DNA from: an uncultured Sutterella sp.
GTDB taxonomy: Bacteria > Pseudomonadota > Gammaproteobacteria > Burkholderiales > Burkholderiaceae_F
Assembly (NCBI RefSeq): GCF_905198475.1
Contig: NZ_CAJKCQ010000001.1
DNA: 64,000 nucleotides
Strand: one strand, 5' to 3'
A model generated the notes under the pieces. That model saw nothing but the letters and a program-made list of their open reading frames with translations. It was not told the DNA's origin and searched no databases. Shown piece after piece: positions 52,769 through 62,114 of this stretch (position 1 is its first letter; the number at the start of each line of letters is the position of its first letter). The translations under genes and the position numbers were made by a program.

Positions 52769-52878
52769 TTTGTTCTCCTTGCGGGTTGGGTCCAGAGGCC
52801 CCGAAAATTCGGTCTTTTTATAATACTCGGAGGGCGGACCGTCCGCCCTTTTCGTCAACACTACAGAAGAGTTCCTCC

Positions 52879-53529
52879 ATGAAGTCCGATCCCCGCTTTC
52901 CGCGCCTGCACATCGTCGACCACCCGCTCGTTCAGCACAAGCTCTCGCTGATGCGCGACAAGCGCACGAGCACGCGCGACTTCCGTGAACTCCTCAGCGA
53001 ACTCGCGATGCTCATGGGCTATGAGCTCACGCGCGACTTCCCCGTCGCCCTCGAAGAGGTCGAAACCCCCGTCGCCCACTGCTGGTCGCCGATGCTCTCT
53101 GGCAAGAAGTGCGTGATCGTGCCGGTGCTGCGCGCCGGCCTCGGCATGTCCGACGGTCTGCTCGCCCTCATGCCCTCGGCGCGCGTCGGCCACATCGGCC
53201 TCTACCGCGACGAGAACCACCGTCCGGTCGAGTACCTCGTGAAGCTGCCCGCGCAGCTCGAGAACCGCACCTTCATCGTCGTGGACCCCATGGTGGCGAC
53301 GGGCTACTCGGGCGCGCACGCCGTGGACGTGCTCAAGAAGCGCGGCGTGCCGGGCGAAAACATCCGCTTCATGGCCCTCGTCGCGGCTCCTGAGGGCGTC
53401 GAGGTCTTCTCGAAGCTCCACCCGGACGTGGACCTCTACGTCGCCTCGCTCGACGAGAAGCTCAACGAGAACGCCTACATCGTTCCGGGTCTCGGCGACG
53501 CGGGCGACCGCATCTTCGGGACGAAGTAG
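52879..53529 (+). CDS. upp: Uracil phosphoribosyltransferase
   Basis: [38 protein letters not shown]... matches the Upp N-terminus; PRPP-binding [11 protein letters not shown] motif. Confidence 0.9.
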   Translation: MKSDPRFPRLHIVDHPLVQHKLSLMRDKRTSTRDFRELLSELAMLMGYELTRDFPVALEEVETPVAHCWSPMLSGKKCVIVPVLRAGLGMSDGLLALMPSARVGHIGLYRDENHRPVEYLVKLPAQLENRTFIVVDPMVATGYSGAHAVDVLKKRGVPGENIRFMALVAAPEGVEVFSKLHPDVDLYVASLDEKLNENAYIVPGLGDAGDRIFGTK

Positions 53530-53572
53530 CTCCGGCCCGAGGCGCCCCTGCGGCGCCTCACGAAGGCGAAGA

Positions 53573-53600
53573 GGACGCGCGGTGCGCGTCCCTTTTTTTG
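53573..53600 (+). terminator. Rho-independent terminator after upp
   Basis: GGACGCGC-GGTG-CGCGTCC hairpin followed by CTTTTTTTG; a second T-run follows. Confidence 0.65.
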
Positions 53601-53752
53601 TCCGCCGTCGCCCTCTTTTTTTGAACACGAAATTCTAGTATTTACCCTAGGTTTAAGCCGGCTATAAGGTTTTGATGAGGGGTTTCATACGCATATACGC
53701 GTATTTTGCACGGCGTCACTTCGCCGGAAGGGGTGTAGACCCATCCAAACAC

Positions 53753-53766
53753 TTGATGAATGTCAA
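53753..53766 (+). promoter_or_regulatory. FNR-like half-site pair TTGAT-N4-GTCAA upstream of frdC
   Basis: TTGATGAATGTCAA (one mismatch to TTGAT-N4-ATCAA) about 130 bp upstream of frdC, in a low-GC region that also contains the palindrome ATACGCGTAT at 53695-53704. Confidence 0.25.
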
Positions 53767-53893
53767 ATCCATTGAGGACCGGTCCGTTCATCATTCGGGC
53801 CGAAGCAAGAATTTTTCCGCGCCGTCCCCCCGCAGCTGCGGGCGTGCGGACCGCGGATGCCTCAATCTCTCAAACTTCTAGGACCAGTCAAAA

Positions 53894-54733
53894 ATGACGA
53901 CCCCTGATTCTGTCAAGTACGCGCATACGCCCTCCGCCACGGACAACGTGTGGGGCGTCGGCCTCAAGGACGCCAAGCGTCAGAGCAAGTGCACCGCCCG
54001 CCTCGACGTGGCGCAGTCGGTCACCGGCCTCATCCTCGGCATCTTCCTCTTCTGCCACATGGCCTTCACGGGTTCGGTGAACATCTCCAAGGAGCTCTTC
54101 GCCAACCTGATCGCCACCTCGGGCGGCGTCTGGCTCAACGGCCAGGACAACCACTGGATGCACGTCCTCTTTGTGGGCTTCATCTTCCTGTGCGTGATCG
54201 TCCACATGTTCTGCGCGCTGCGCCGCTTCCCGACCTCCTACAAGAAGCTCCATGACCTCCGCGCCCACGTCAAGCTCGTGCACCACTCCGACACGACGCT
54301 CTGGTGGGTCCAGTTCGTCACGGCCTTCTGCCTCTTCTTCCTCGTGTTCCCGCATCTGATGACGATGCTCACGAACCCGGGCGGCTTCGACCCGAACCTC
54401 ATCGGCGTCCACACTTATCACAACGGCCTCATCTACACGTTCTTCTTCCTCGTGTGCACTGAGCTCCACGGCATGATCGGCCTCTACCGCCTCGCCGTTA
54501 AGTGGGACATCTTCGCGAAGAACCCCGAGTACAAGATCATGGACCAGCGCGCCGCCACGGACCGCACGGGCTTCCGCAAGGCCATGGTTGTCGTCGCCTT
54601 CCTGATGATCGTCGGCGGCTCCATCACGATGTGGACCAACTACTCGATCGGTGCTGATCAGGTCGCTGCGAACGCCGAAGCCCAGCGCTTCGAAATGCCT
54701 GAAGGCGCTTCCTGGTTCAACCACGCGAAGTAA
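53894..54733 (+). CDS. frdC: Fumarate reductase / succinate dehydrogenase diheme cytochrome b subunit (Wolinella FrdC type)
   Basis: ARLDVAQSVTGLILGIFLFCHMAF, HHSDTTLWWVQFVTAF and ELHGMIGLYRLAVKW align with W. succinogenes FrdC (AKLDWWQSATGLFLGLFMIGHMFF, RHGDTTLWWIQAMTGF, ELHGSVGLYRLAVKW). No frdA or frdB follows it. Confidence 0.7.
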   Translation: MTTPDSVKYAHTPSATDNVWGVGLKDAKRQSKCTARLDVAQSVTGLILGIFLFCHMAFTGSVNISKELFANLIATSGGVWLNGQDNHWMHVLFVGFIFLCVIVHMFCALRRFPTSYKKLHDLRAHVKLVHHSDTTLWWVQFVTAFCLFFLVFPHLMTMLTNPGGFDPNLIGVHTYHNGLIYTFFFLVCTELHGMIGLYRLAVKWDIFAKNPEYKIMDQRAATDRTGFRKAMVVVAFLMIVGGSITMWTNYSIGADQVAANAEAQRFEMPEGASWFNHAK

Positions 54734-54926
54734 TTCGACCGACTCCCTCCCGTCGTTCTCCTTTCGCTCCCGGGGCTCCGCCCTTCCGGACGGCCCCCAT
54801 CCAACAGGGAAGCGAGGCGATGGAGAAGAAAAGCTCCCGAAGTCCGAAAGGACCCGGGAGCTTTTTTTATGCGTTGGATCCGCGGCTTGCTGCGGACGCG
54901 GCTACCGCCCGCAGCAAGGAGCGGGA

Positions 54927-56708
54927 TCAGGATTCCGACACCGGCCGCACGGCACGCTCGAACCACGCGCGGCAGCGCGCAGAGACGAGGGGTGCGAGCT
55001 TCTCGACGCGCTCGGCGTTGAAGCGGTTGAGCTCGTCGGCGAGGGGCCCGAAGGGCGCGGGCAGCGCCCGCGTGTCGATCGGCATCATTGTGAGCGCACG
55101 GAAGCGCAGGAACTCCCCGAACTCCGTCTTCACGTCCTCCTCGCAGACCATGAGGTTCTCCACGCGCACGCCCCAGCGGCCCGTCCGATAGAGGCCCGGC
55201 TCGTCGGAGAGGACGTTGCCGGGAGCAAGCGGCACGGGCTTGGCGCGCGGCGAAATGGTGACGGGGCCCTCGTGCACGTTGAGGACGTACCCGACGCCGT
55301 GGCCCGTTCCGTGCCCGAAGTCGAGCCCCTTCTCCCAGAGATCAATGCGCGCGGCGAGGTCGATCCCCGCACCGGTGGCGCCGCGCGGGAAGCGCAGCCG
55401 CAGGAGGCGGAGCATCGCGCGGGTGACAAGCCCCACGTCGGCCTTCATCTCCTCGGTGGGCTCGCCCACGGGCGTCATGCGCGTGATGTCGGTCGTGCCG
55501 CATTCATACTGGCCGCCCGAGTCGATGAGCAAGAGCCCGTCGCCCTCGAGCCGCGCCCCGCCGTCCGCCGGGACGGCGTAGTGCGGCAGCGCCCCGTTGG
55601 GGCCGAAGGCGCTGATCGTCGGGAAGCTTTCGTCGAAGAAGTCCCGGCCCTTCGCGCGCCAGGCGTGAAGCATCGCCGCGGCGTCGCCCTCGGTCGTGGG
55701 GACACCCGCGGCGAGCCGTTCGTCGAGCTCGGCGTAGAACTCCGCGAGCGCCACGGCGTCCTCGAGCATCGCCTCATCGATCGCCGCAATCTCCGCGGAG
55801 GTCTTCACGCACTTGAGCATCAGCACGGGCGAAGGTCCGGTGACGGTGTGCTCGGCCGGAACGAGGCGCGCGATCGCCGCATTCGTGTGTTCGGGGTCGT
55901 AGAGCACGGCGCCCGAACGGGCGGCGTCGTAGACCGCCTCGGGGAGCGCTTCGGGGGGCGCCGTGCGCACGCCGTCGGTGAGGAGCGCCGCCTCAACGCC
56001 CGGCTCGAGGCGCGCGGCGTCCACAAAAAGCGCCGCCTTCTTAAGCCCGACCAAAAGCGTCGCCGTGAAGACGGGGTTGCAGGGCACGTCCGCGCCGCGC
56101 AGATTCGTGGTCCAGGCGACGTCGTCGAGCGCATTGAGGATGACCGCGCCGGCCCCGGCCTTCTCAAGCGCTGCGCGCACGGCCGCGAGCTTCTCCCCGC
56201 GGCAGCGGCACGGGCGCTTCATCTCCCGCACGCGGGAGAGAGAAGGCGCGGGGCGATCGGGCCAGAGGCGCGCGACGTCGGGCGCCTCTTCGCGGAAGTC
56301 GAGGCCCCGGACGGCGAAGCGCACGGCGGAGTCCTCGGCGGCGGCCGCCGAGATGAGCTCGGGGTCGGCGCCGACCACGCCCGACGAAAGGCGGGCGGCG
56401 AACCAGTCGACGATCGTCTGCTGCAGACCGGCGGTGAGCTTCACGAGCTCAATCTCTTTGGGGAGCTGCCGCGTGGCCTGCTCCCAGTAGCGGCTGTCGG
56501 CCACCAGGGCGGCGGCGTCCGCGGTGACGAGCAGCGTGCCGGCGCTGCCGGTGAAGCCCGAAAGCGCTTCTCGCAGCTTCCAGGCGTCGGGGACGTATTC
56601 GGAAAGATGCGGGTCGGCGGTCGGGACGATCAGTCCCGCGAGACCCAGCGCCGCCGTTTCCCGGCGGCAGCGCGCGAGGCGCTCGAGCGCCTCCAGCTGC
56701 TTCAACAT
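54927..56708 (-). CDS. M24-family Xaa-Pro aminopeptidase (aminopeptidase P-like, three-domain form)
   Basis: C-terminal pita-bread metal ligands (DSGGQY..D..., HGTGHGVG, E..EPG), about 593 aa. The antisense plus-strand ORF 54651..57173 is an artefact. Confidence 0.75.
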   Translation of the reverse strand: MLKQLEALERLARCRRETAALGLAGLIVPTADPHLSEYVPDAWKLREALSGFTGSAGTLLVTADAAALVADSRYWEQATRQLPKEIELVKLTAGLQQTIVDWFAARLSSGVVGADPELISAAAAEDSAVRFAVRGLDFREEAPDVARLWPDRPAPSLSRVREMKRPCRCRGEKLAAVRAALEKAGAGAVILNALDDVAWTTNLRGADVPCNPVFTATLLVGLKKAALFVDAARLEPGVEAALLTDGVRTAPPEALPEAVYDAARSGAVLYDPEHTNAAIARLVPAEHTVTGPSPVLMLKCVKTSAEIAAIDEAMLEDAVALAEFYAELDERLAAGVPTTEGDAAAMLHAWRAKGRDFFDESFPTISAFGPNGALPHYAVPADGGARLEGDGLLLIDSGGQYECGTTDITRMTPVGEPTEEMKADVGLVTRAMLRLLRLRFPRGATGAGIDLAARIDLWEKGLDFGHGTGHGVGYVLNVHEGPVTISPRAKPVPLAPGNVLSDEPGLYRTGRWGVRVENLMVCEEDVKTEFGEFLRFRALTMMPIDTRALPAPFGPLADELNRFNAERVEKLAPLVSARCRAWFERAVRPVSES

Positions 56709-56771
56709 TCAGGCACTCCTTTGCGGCGTCCGCCCGCGGCGGGCGGACCCGGCGGATGGTTGGGTGGACGG

Positions 56772-57155
56772 TCAGAAGAGCTTTCTGATCACCACGGTGA
56801 CGGGAAAGCCCACGTGCTTTTCGCTCTCGACGTCTTCGCCGATGTCGAGCGAGACGACGCGCCAGCCGGCGTCGCGCAACTCGTCGAGCCGCGCCGAAAC
56901 GCCAAGGTCCGCGCACGCGAAGGGCATCTCCTTCACGCGCGAGAGCACCGTCACGGGCCGTTCGGTCGTGCAGGTGGTCTCCGAGTGGTAGGGCGCGTCG
57001 AGAAGCGGATCCCGCCCGCTCGGCGCCGCAGCTCCCTCCGTGCCGGTGCCGGACGCTCCGCCGCCCTGACGGGCGGACTGCGGTGCGGCGCAGCCCGCGG
57101 CGAGCGCCGCGGCGGCGGCAAGGGCGAGAAGTGCGCGGACGGTTCGTTTCTGCAT
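56772..57155 (-). CDS. Small lipoprotein of unknown function
   Basis: MQKRTVRALLALAAAAALAAGC lipobox (LAAGC), about 127 aa. Start at 57155 rather than 57206. Confidence 0.5.
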   Translation of the reverse strand: MQKRTVRALLALAAAAALAAGCAAPQSARQGGGASGTGTEGAAAPSGRDPLLDAPYHSETTCTTERPVTVLSRVKEMPFACADLGVSARLDELRDAGWRVVSLDIGEDVESEKHVGFPVTVVIRKLF

Positions 57156-57202
57156 GAAGCTTTCCTTCCTTGAGAAGAGCTTCGATTCTACGACCTCGAC
57201 GC

Positions 57203-60200
57203 TCACTCGCCGCGGGGCTTCTTCTGGAACTTGGAGCGACCGCGCGGCGCGCCGCTCCGGTCACCGCCGCCGTGGCCGCCGGACTTTCTGAACTTCTGGA
57301 ACTTGCGTCCGCCCGAAGGCTTCACCTTGTTGTCGGGCTGGCTGCTGCCGAAGATCGTGCGCGGCACCTCAAATCCGGACTCCCCGGGCATCGTCTGCGC
57401 GAAGGAGAGCGTCTGCGGACGGTCGGCCGCATAGGCCTCGGCCGTCTGCCAGGGCATCGCCGCGGCCGCGGCGCGCTTCGGGCGGTAGTGGATGGAGTTG
57501 CCGAAGTTGTCGTCGGCGCCGCCCTCGTCGCTGAAGCCGCGCTCGACGGGCGCCTCTGCGTCGCCCGTCTTGCGGGCACGGCGGTCCTTGTCGCGATGGC
57601 GCCGCCCCTTCTGCTGACCCTGCTGGTTCTGCTGATCGCGCCGGCGCTTCTGCTTTCCGCCCGCCGGACGCGTTTCGGCGCCGGGGGCGGCCTCTCCGGC
57701 CGTCTGTGGTGCGGCGGCCGTCCCCTCAGGGACGCCCTCGGGCATCCGGGACGCCTCGACGGGCGCGGCAGCCGCAGCCGCAGCCGGAGCGGGGGCGGCG
57801 GCCTGCACGGGCGTCTCCTCACCCTCCTGGCGCTGCTTGCGGCGCTTGTTGTAGGGCGTGCGCAGCGACCCGCCCTTCTTCTGCGCGTTGTGCTGTTTGC
57901 GGTTCTGCTTCTGCGCGGGCTTCGGACGGCGCTCCTCTCCGGAGACGGGGAGCGACCCCTCGCCGGGCACGGTGAGCGCCTCGGCCGCGTAGTCCTCCGC
58001 GAGGAACGCGGGCTGAAGGCCCTTCTCCCGGGAGCGCTGCTGCTTCTGGTGCTGCTTGTTCTTCGCGCCCTTCTGGAAGTTCTTCTTCTGGCGGCGGCGT
58101 TCGCCGTCCTTTTCGCCGCGGCGGCCCGAAGGCTGAGCCGCGAGGATGCCCTCCTGCTCGGCGGGCATGGCGTCGCCCGCACGGCGCTTGGGCCGGCGGA
58201 TGGTGCCGCGGCGGCCGACCATCTGGTGCGTGAGGCGCTCGCCGCCCTTCATTTCGCGGCGCATGCGCTCCTGCGCGGCGCGCAGCTCCACGGTGTTCGA
58301 GGAAAGCGGCTCCGTGATCGTCACGACGGGCTCGTCCTTCTCCTTGCGGGGCACGTAGCCCGAACGGATGGTGAGCGTGCGGCGATGCGGCGCTTCGTCG
58401 CCGGCATCCCCGGCATCCTCGTCGTGCTCATGGCCGTACGCCTCCTCATCATCGGCGTACTCACCGTCGTCCTCGAAGTCGTCCTCCTCGAACTCCTCGT
58501 CTTCGCCGGCGTCGTCCCATTCGGCGTCGTCGTCATCGAACGCTTCGTCCTCGGGGAGCTCGTCCTCGTCTTCGTATTCGTCTTCGTATTGAGCGCCGTC
58601 GTCTTCGAAGGCCTCTTCGTTTTCGTGCGCGGCCGCGTCATCCTCTAAGGAGGCGCCGGAAGCTTCCCGCGCGTCGTCCTCGCCGACTCCGGCGGCAGCC
58701 TCTTCTTCGGCCTTTTCCCCGGCCTCTTCTCCGGCCTCCGGGCCGGCTTCTTCAGCGCGCTCAACGGGCGCTTGGCAAGGCGCCTCGACGGAGGTCTCGT
58801 CGGGAGCGGCAGGCGTCTGCGCTTCGGGCGGGCGCGGCGTTTCCGGCGCCCGAGCGTCTTCATCAGGAGCGCACGGGGCGGGTTCGGCCGCCGCCTCGGC
58901 GGGTTCTCGTGGTTCGGCCGCCGCGGAAGCGAGGGCGGGGACGGGCGCGGAGGCGGGTGCGTTCACGCCGTCGACCATCTTGAACAGGTCTAGATGGTCC
59001 GCATCCTGCGGCTCCGTGGCCGGCGCTTCAGACTCGGCCTCCGGGGCGCCCGCGGCGGACTCCGCTCCAAGCTCGACCACGCGGCCATCGCCTTTGAGCT
59101 GCGCCTCCCAGACGATGTCGGTGAGATCGAAGACGGCGTCCGAAAGTTCTTCGGCGGCCGAGTCAACGTCTCCGGATTCGTCCGCCTGAGCGCTCCCGGC
59201 CGCTTCGTCGGCCGGCTTCAGGGCGCCGGCCTCTTCGAGGAACGTCCAGGGCGTCTTCACGCTGACGGGCGTCCCCTTGGGAGCGGCCGGACACGCCTCG
59301 TCGGGCTGAGCCGCGTCGTCCTGCGCCTCAGCGGAACAGCTCTTCCCGCGGGCGGGCAGAGGCGGCAGTCCGACCTGGCTGCGCGCATGATTCAGCGCCC
59401 TCACGCAGCGGTTTTCGTACCCCTCGAGCGTCTCGAGCGCGCTCGGGATGATCTCATTCTGCCCCCCGGTGCAGTCGAGGAGCCTCCAGGAGCTCGGCCG
59501 GATCTGCGTGCGCAGGCAGTTCCACTCCCTGTACTGGTTCTCGAGGCAGAGGGTGAGGGCGAAGCCGCACCAAGGACGGCGCTTCGTCGGCTCGAACCAA
59601 GCGAGCGCCGCGGCGCTTTCATATTCGCCGGCATCCTCGGGAATCGCGTGGAAGACCACCACGTCGAACATCCCCTGCGGGAAGGTCTTCGCCGCCTGCT
59701 CGAGGTCGGCCACGGCGCAATGGGCGCCCATCAGCTCCATGTTCTTTTCGACGACGCCGGCGGCGTCGCGTTTGCGGACGGCTACGGCGGGCACGTCCGC
59801 AGCGTTGAGCATTTCAGCGATCTTCGAGACGCGGCGGTTCACGGTGAGCACGAGCACGCGCACTTCGCGCGGGAATTGAGCCGCACGCTCGCAGAGCGTC
59901 AGGGTGCGCTCGTTGTGCCGCACGAGGTCGAAGCGCTCCAGGAGCCTCGGCGCGCCATAGCGTCCGAAGGCGCGGAGGATCTTCATGTTCGGGAAGCGGC
60001 TCTTCACGCGCTTCTCACAGCGCTTCTGGATCTCGTCGGAGAGGAAGAACAACCGCTCCTCGGCCGACTTGGGCAGCCGCTTGAGGACCTTCTCGAGCCT
60101 CGGCAGGCCCATTGCCGTGTCAAAGACCTCCATTGCGCAGAAGACGCCGACCATCTCGACGCCGTCAAGGTCGAGCTTGAAGCGGTCGCACGCCCAGTCG

Positions 60201-60610
60201 ATGAAGTTGGCCCGTCCAAGGATCAGGTCCACGCCGAGGATGCTGCGCTGCGCGCGGGCGATGTCGCCGCCCTCGCCGAGGACGAGCGCGCTCAAGTGGG
60301 TCCCGGCAGTAAGCGCTTCAAAACGCGCGCACAGCGTCACGGCCTCCGCGTCGGTCTCGGTGATGATCAAGGCCCGGGGCCGGCGGTTCGGGTCGAGCGG
60401 CCTGCCTGCGCTGCCCGCGTAGAGCTTCGCGGCGATCCCGAGCAGGGCGGCCGAGCGCTTGCCCGACCCCCTGTGCGCTTCGAGAATGAAGGATTCGTCG
60501 CGGGCAATGGACATCAGGATCTGGTCCTGCGCGGACGTCGTCTCCTTCCAACCGAACACACTGATCCGGCGCAAAAGGACTTCGGGCAGCTGATGGGTCG
60601 AAAAGTTCAC
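57203..60610 (-). CDS. DEAD-box helicase-like protein with degenerate catalytic motifs and a ~700-aa acidic/basic disordered C-terminal region
   Basis: The N-terminal 380 aa are collinear with RhlE-type DEAD-box helicases (MNFSTHQLPEVLL versus MSFDSLGLSPDIL). Motif I is AHRGSGKRS (canonical AQTGSGKT); Ia is ITETDAEA (PTRELA); II is CAME (DEAD); III is LSD (SAT); VI (HRIGRTGR) is absent. It continues without a stop into a poly-acidic block (EDEYEDEDELPEDEAFDDDDAEWDD...) and then Lys/Arg/Gln-rich blocks. Proposed GTG start at 60608-60610 with GGAAAG upstream; the six-frame ORF extends to 60781. Confidence 0.6.
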   Translation of the reverse strand: MNFSTHQLPEVLLRRISVFGWKETTSAQDQILMSIARDESFILEAHRGSGKRSAALLGIAAKLYAGSAGRPLDPNRRPRALIITETDAEAVTLCARFEALTAGTHLSALVLGEGGDIARAQRSILGVDLILGRANFIDWACDRFKLDLDGVEMVGVFCAMEVFDTAMGLPRLEKVLKRLPKSAEERLFFLSDEIQKRCEKRVKSRFPNMKILRAFGRYGAPRLLERFDLVRHNERTLTLCERAAQFPREVRVLVLTVNRRVSKIAEMLNAADVPAVAVRKRDAAGVVEKNMELMGAHCAVADLEQAAKTFPQGMFDVVVFHAIPEDAGEYESAAALAWFEPTKRRPWCGFALTLCLENQYREWNCLRTQIRPSSWRLLDCTGGQNEIIPSALETLEGYENRCVRALNHARSQVGLPPLPARGKSCSAEAQDDAAQPDEACPAAPKGTPVSVKTPWTFLEEAGALKPADEAAGSAQADESGDVDSAAEELSDAVFDLTDIVWEAQLKGDGRVVELGAESAAGAPEAESEAPATEPQDADHLDLFKMVDGVNAPASAPVPALASAAAEPREPAEAAAEPAPCAPDEDARAPETPRPPEAQTPAAPDETSVEAPCQAPVERAEEAGPEAGEEAGEKAEEEAAAGVGEDDAREASGASLEDDAAAHENEEAFEDDGAQYEDEYEDEDELPEDEAFDDDDAEWDDAGEDEEFEEDDFEDDGEYADDEEAYGHEHDEDAGDAGDEAPHRRTLTIRSGYVPRKEKDEPVVTITEPLSSNTVELRAAQERMRREMKGGERLTHQMVGRRGTIRRPKRRAGDAMPAEQEGILAAQPSGRRGEKDGERRRQKKNFQKGAKNKQHQKQQRSREKGLQPAFLAEDYAAEALTVPGEGSLPVSGEERRPKPAQKQNRKQHNAQKKGGSLRTPYNKRRKQRQEGEETPVQAAAPAPAAAAAAAPVEASRMPEGVPEGTAAAPQTAGEAAPGAETRPAGGKQKRRRDQQNQQGQQKGRRHRDKDRRARKTGDAEAPVERGFSDEGGADDNFGNSIHYRPKRAAAAAMPWQTAEAYAADRPQTLSFAQTMPGESGFEVPRTIFGSSQPDNKVKPSGGRKFQKFRKSGGHGGGDRSGAPRGRSKFQKKPRGE

Positions 60611-61125
60611 GTTCTTTCCAGCATGAATGGACGTTCCACCTTCGGCATGCGTCGTGCACGGACGGCTCGGATGCGGCGCGCCCCATGGGGCGCGGCGGAC
60701 GGAGCGGCGGAACCCGGCTGCGGGCGCGCAACGGTGCGCACGGCCGGAAATTTGAATTGGGGCAACGTAGGCCGGCTGCATCCGCAGCCGCTTTCCGGAG
60801 CGCTTGCGGCTCCGGAGGGCCGGGCGGTGGTGGTGCGCCGCCCGGACAAGGGAAGGACCGGGACGGGAGGCGGGCGCAGCCGCGCCCTTGAATCATCAGA
60901 GGGACAACCTGCACTCCGCGTGGGCGTCTCCGAACGGAGCCTGAATTCTCCGGCGCGAAAGGGGAGTCGCCCCGTCTGCGGTCTTCGCAGGCCGGATTTT
61001 AGCAAACGGCGCCGGCGCCCGAGCACCTTTGGAAACCGCCCCTGCGGGCCCGGTATGATGCTACAGGACGGCCGCGGCAGCGGCCTCCTCCGCACGACAA
61101 ACCCACTTTCAAAAAGAGAAGCATC

Positions 61126-61455
61126 ATGGCCCTCAAGGAACTCATCATCGAAGATCTCGTCCCCGGCGAAGGCGCCGCCGTCAAGTCCGGCGACCACGTG
61201 AGCGTCCACTACACCGGCAGCCTCGAGGACGGCACCGTCTTCGACTCGAGCGAAGGCCGCGGCCCGCTCGACTTCACCTGCGGCGTCGGACTCGTGATCC
61301 CCGGTTGGGATCAGGGCCTCATCGGCCTCAAGAAGGGCGGCAAGCGCCGCCTCTCGATTCCCGCCCGCCTCGCCTACGGCGAAATGGGCTATCCGGGCGT
61401 GATTCCGCCCAACGCGGACCTCTACTTCGACGTCGAACTCGTCGACATCCGCTGA
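61126..61455 (+). CDS. FKBP-type peptidyl-prolyl cis-trans isomerase
   Basis: [16 protein letters not shown]...[29 protein letters not shown]...[12 protein letters not shown] is an FKBP12-like domain, 109 aa. Confidence 0.8.
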   Translation: MALKELIIEDLVPGEGAAVKSGDHVSVHYTGSLEDGTVFDSSEGRGPLDFTCGVGLVIPGWDQGLIGLKKGGKRRLSIPARLAYGEMGYPGVIPPNADLYFDVELVDIR

Positions 61456-62081
61456 GCGAGCACGGGTGCGGGAGCGCCGTAGAGGGCGAGAAGCTCCGCG
61501 GCCTCGCACACCGGCAGCCCCATGATCGCGGTGTAGCTGCCGCGGATCGTGCGCACGAAGAGCCCCGCCAGTCCCTGGATGCCGTAGCCGCCCGCCTTGT
61601 CGTAGGGCTCGTCGGTCGAGGCGTAGGCGCGGATCTCCGCTTCGCTCAAAGGGCGCATCTCCACTTCGGACGCCACCGAGACCGTGCGGTAGTCGTCCTT
61701 GGAGCGGCCGACGGCGACCACCGTGCGCACCTCGTGCGCACGGCCCGAGAGCGCCCGCAGGAAGGCCTCGGCCTCCGCGCGGTCGCGGGGTTTGCCGAGC
61801 ACGCGCCCGTCGATGCTCACCACCGTGTCGGCGGCGAGCACCGGCAGGCCGCTCACCGCGGCGCCGAGCTCGTCGCGCGCGGCGATGCCGTCCATGAGCT
61901 TCGTCACCGCGGTGCGGTGCACGTACTCGGCGGGCGTCTCGCCGGCGAGCTCCTCCTCGTCGCCCGCGAACCATCCGCGCGGCTCCGAGGGGTCCGAGAG
62001 CACCGTGATCTCCCAGCCGTAGAGGCCGAGGAGTTCGCGGCGGCGCGGGCTTTTGCTCGCGAGACAGATGCGGTTCGACAT
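61422..62081 (-). CDS. maf: Maf-family nucleoside triphosphate pyrophosphatase
   Basis: [14 protein letters not shown] ... [15 protein letters not shown] ... KAGGYGIQG are Maf signatures. The 3' end overlaps the convergent FKBP gene by about 30 nt. Confidence 0.8.
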   Translation of the reverse strand: MSNRICLASKSPRRRELLGLYGWEITVLSDPSEPRGWFAGDEEELAGETPAEYVHRTAVTKLMDGIAARDELGAAVSGLPVLAADTVVSIDGRVLGKPRDRAEAEAFLRALSGRAHEVRTVVAVGRSKDDYRTVSVASEVEMRPLSEAEIRAYASTDEPYDKAGGYGIQGLAGLFVRTIRGSYTAIMGLPVCEAAELLALYGAPAPVLAQRMSTSSTSK

Positions 62082-62114
62082 GGCCGTTCTCCCGGAAAGT
62101 GCGCGCCCTTCAGC

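Noticed and set aside
54651-57173. 840-aa plus-strand ORF spanning the pepP-like and lipoprotein genes
   Set aside because: Antisense to two well-supported minus-strand genes. Arg/Gly-rich with no motifs.
58994-61201. 735-aa plus-strand ORF and 455-aa minus-strand ORF (60607..61974) around the helicase-like gene leader and FKBP gene
   Set aside because: They cross a non-coding leader and overlap fkpB/maf in the wrong frame or strand. The composition is Arg/Gly-rich and typical of GC-driven spurious ORFs.
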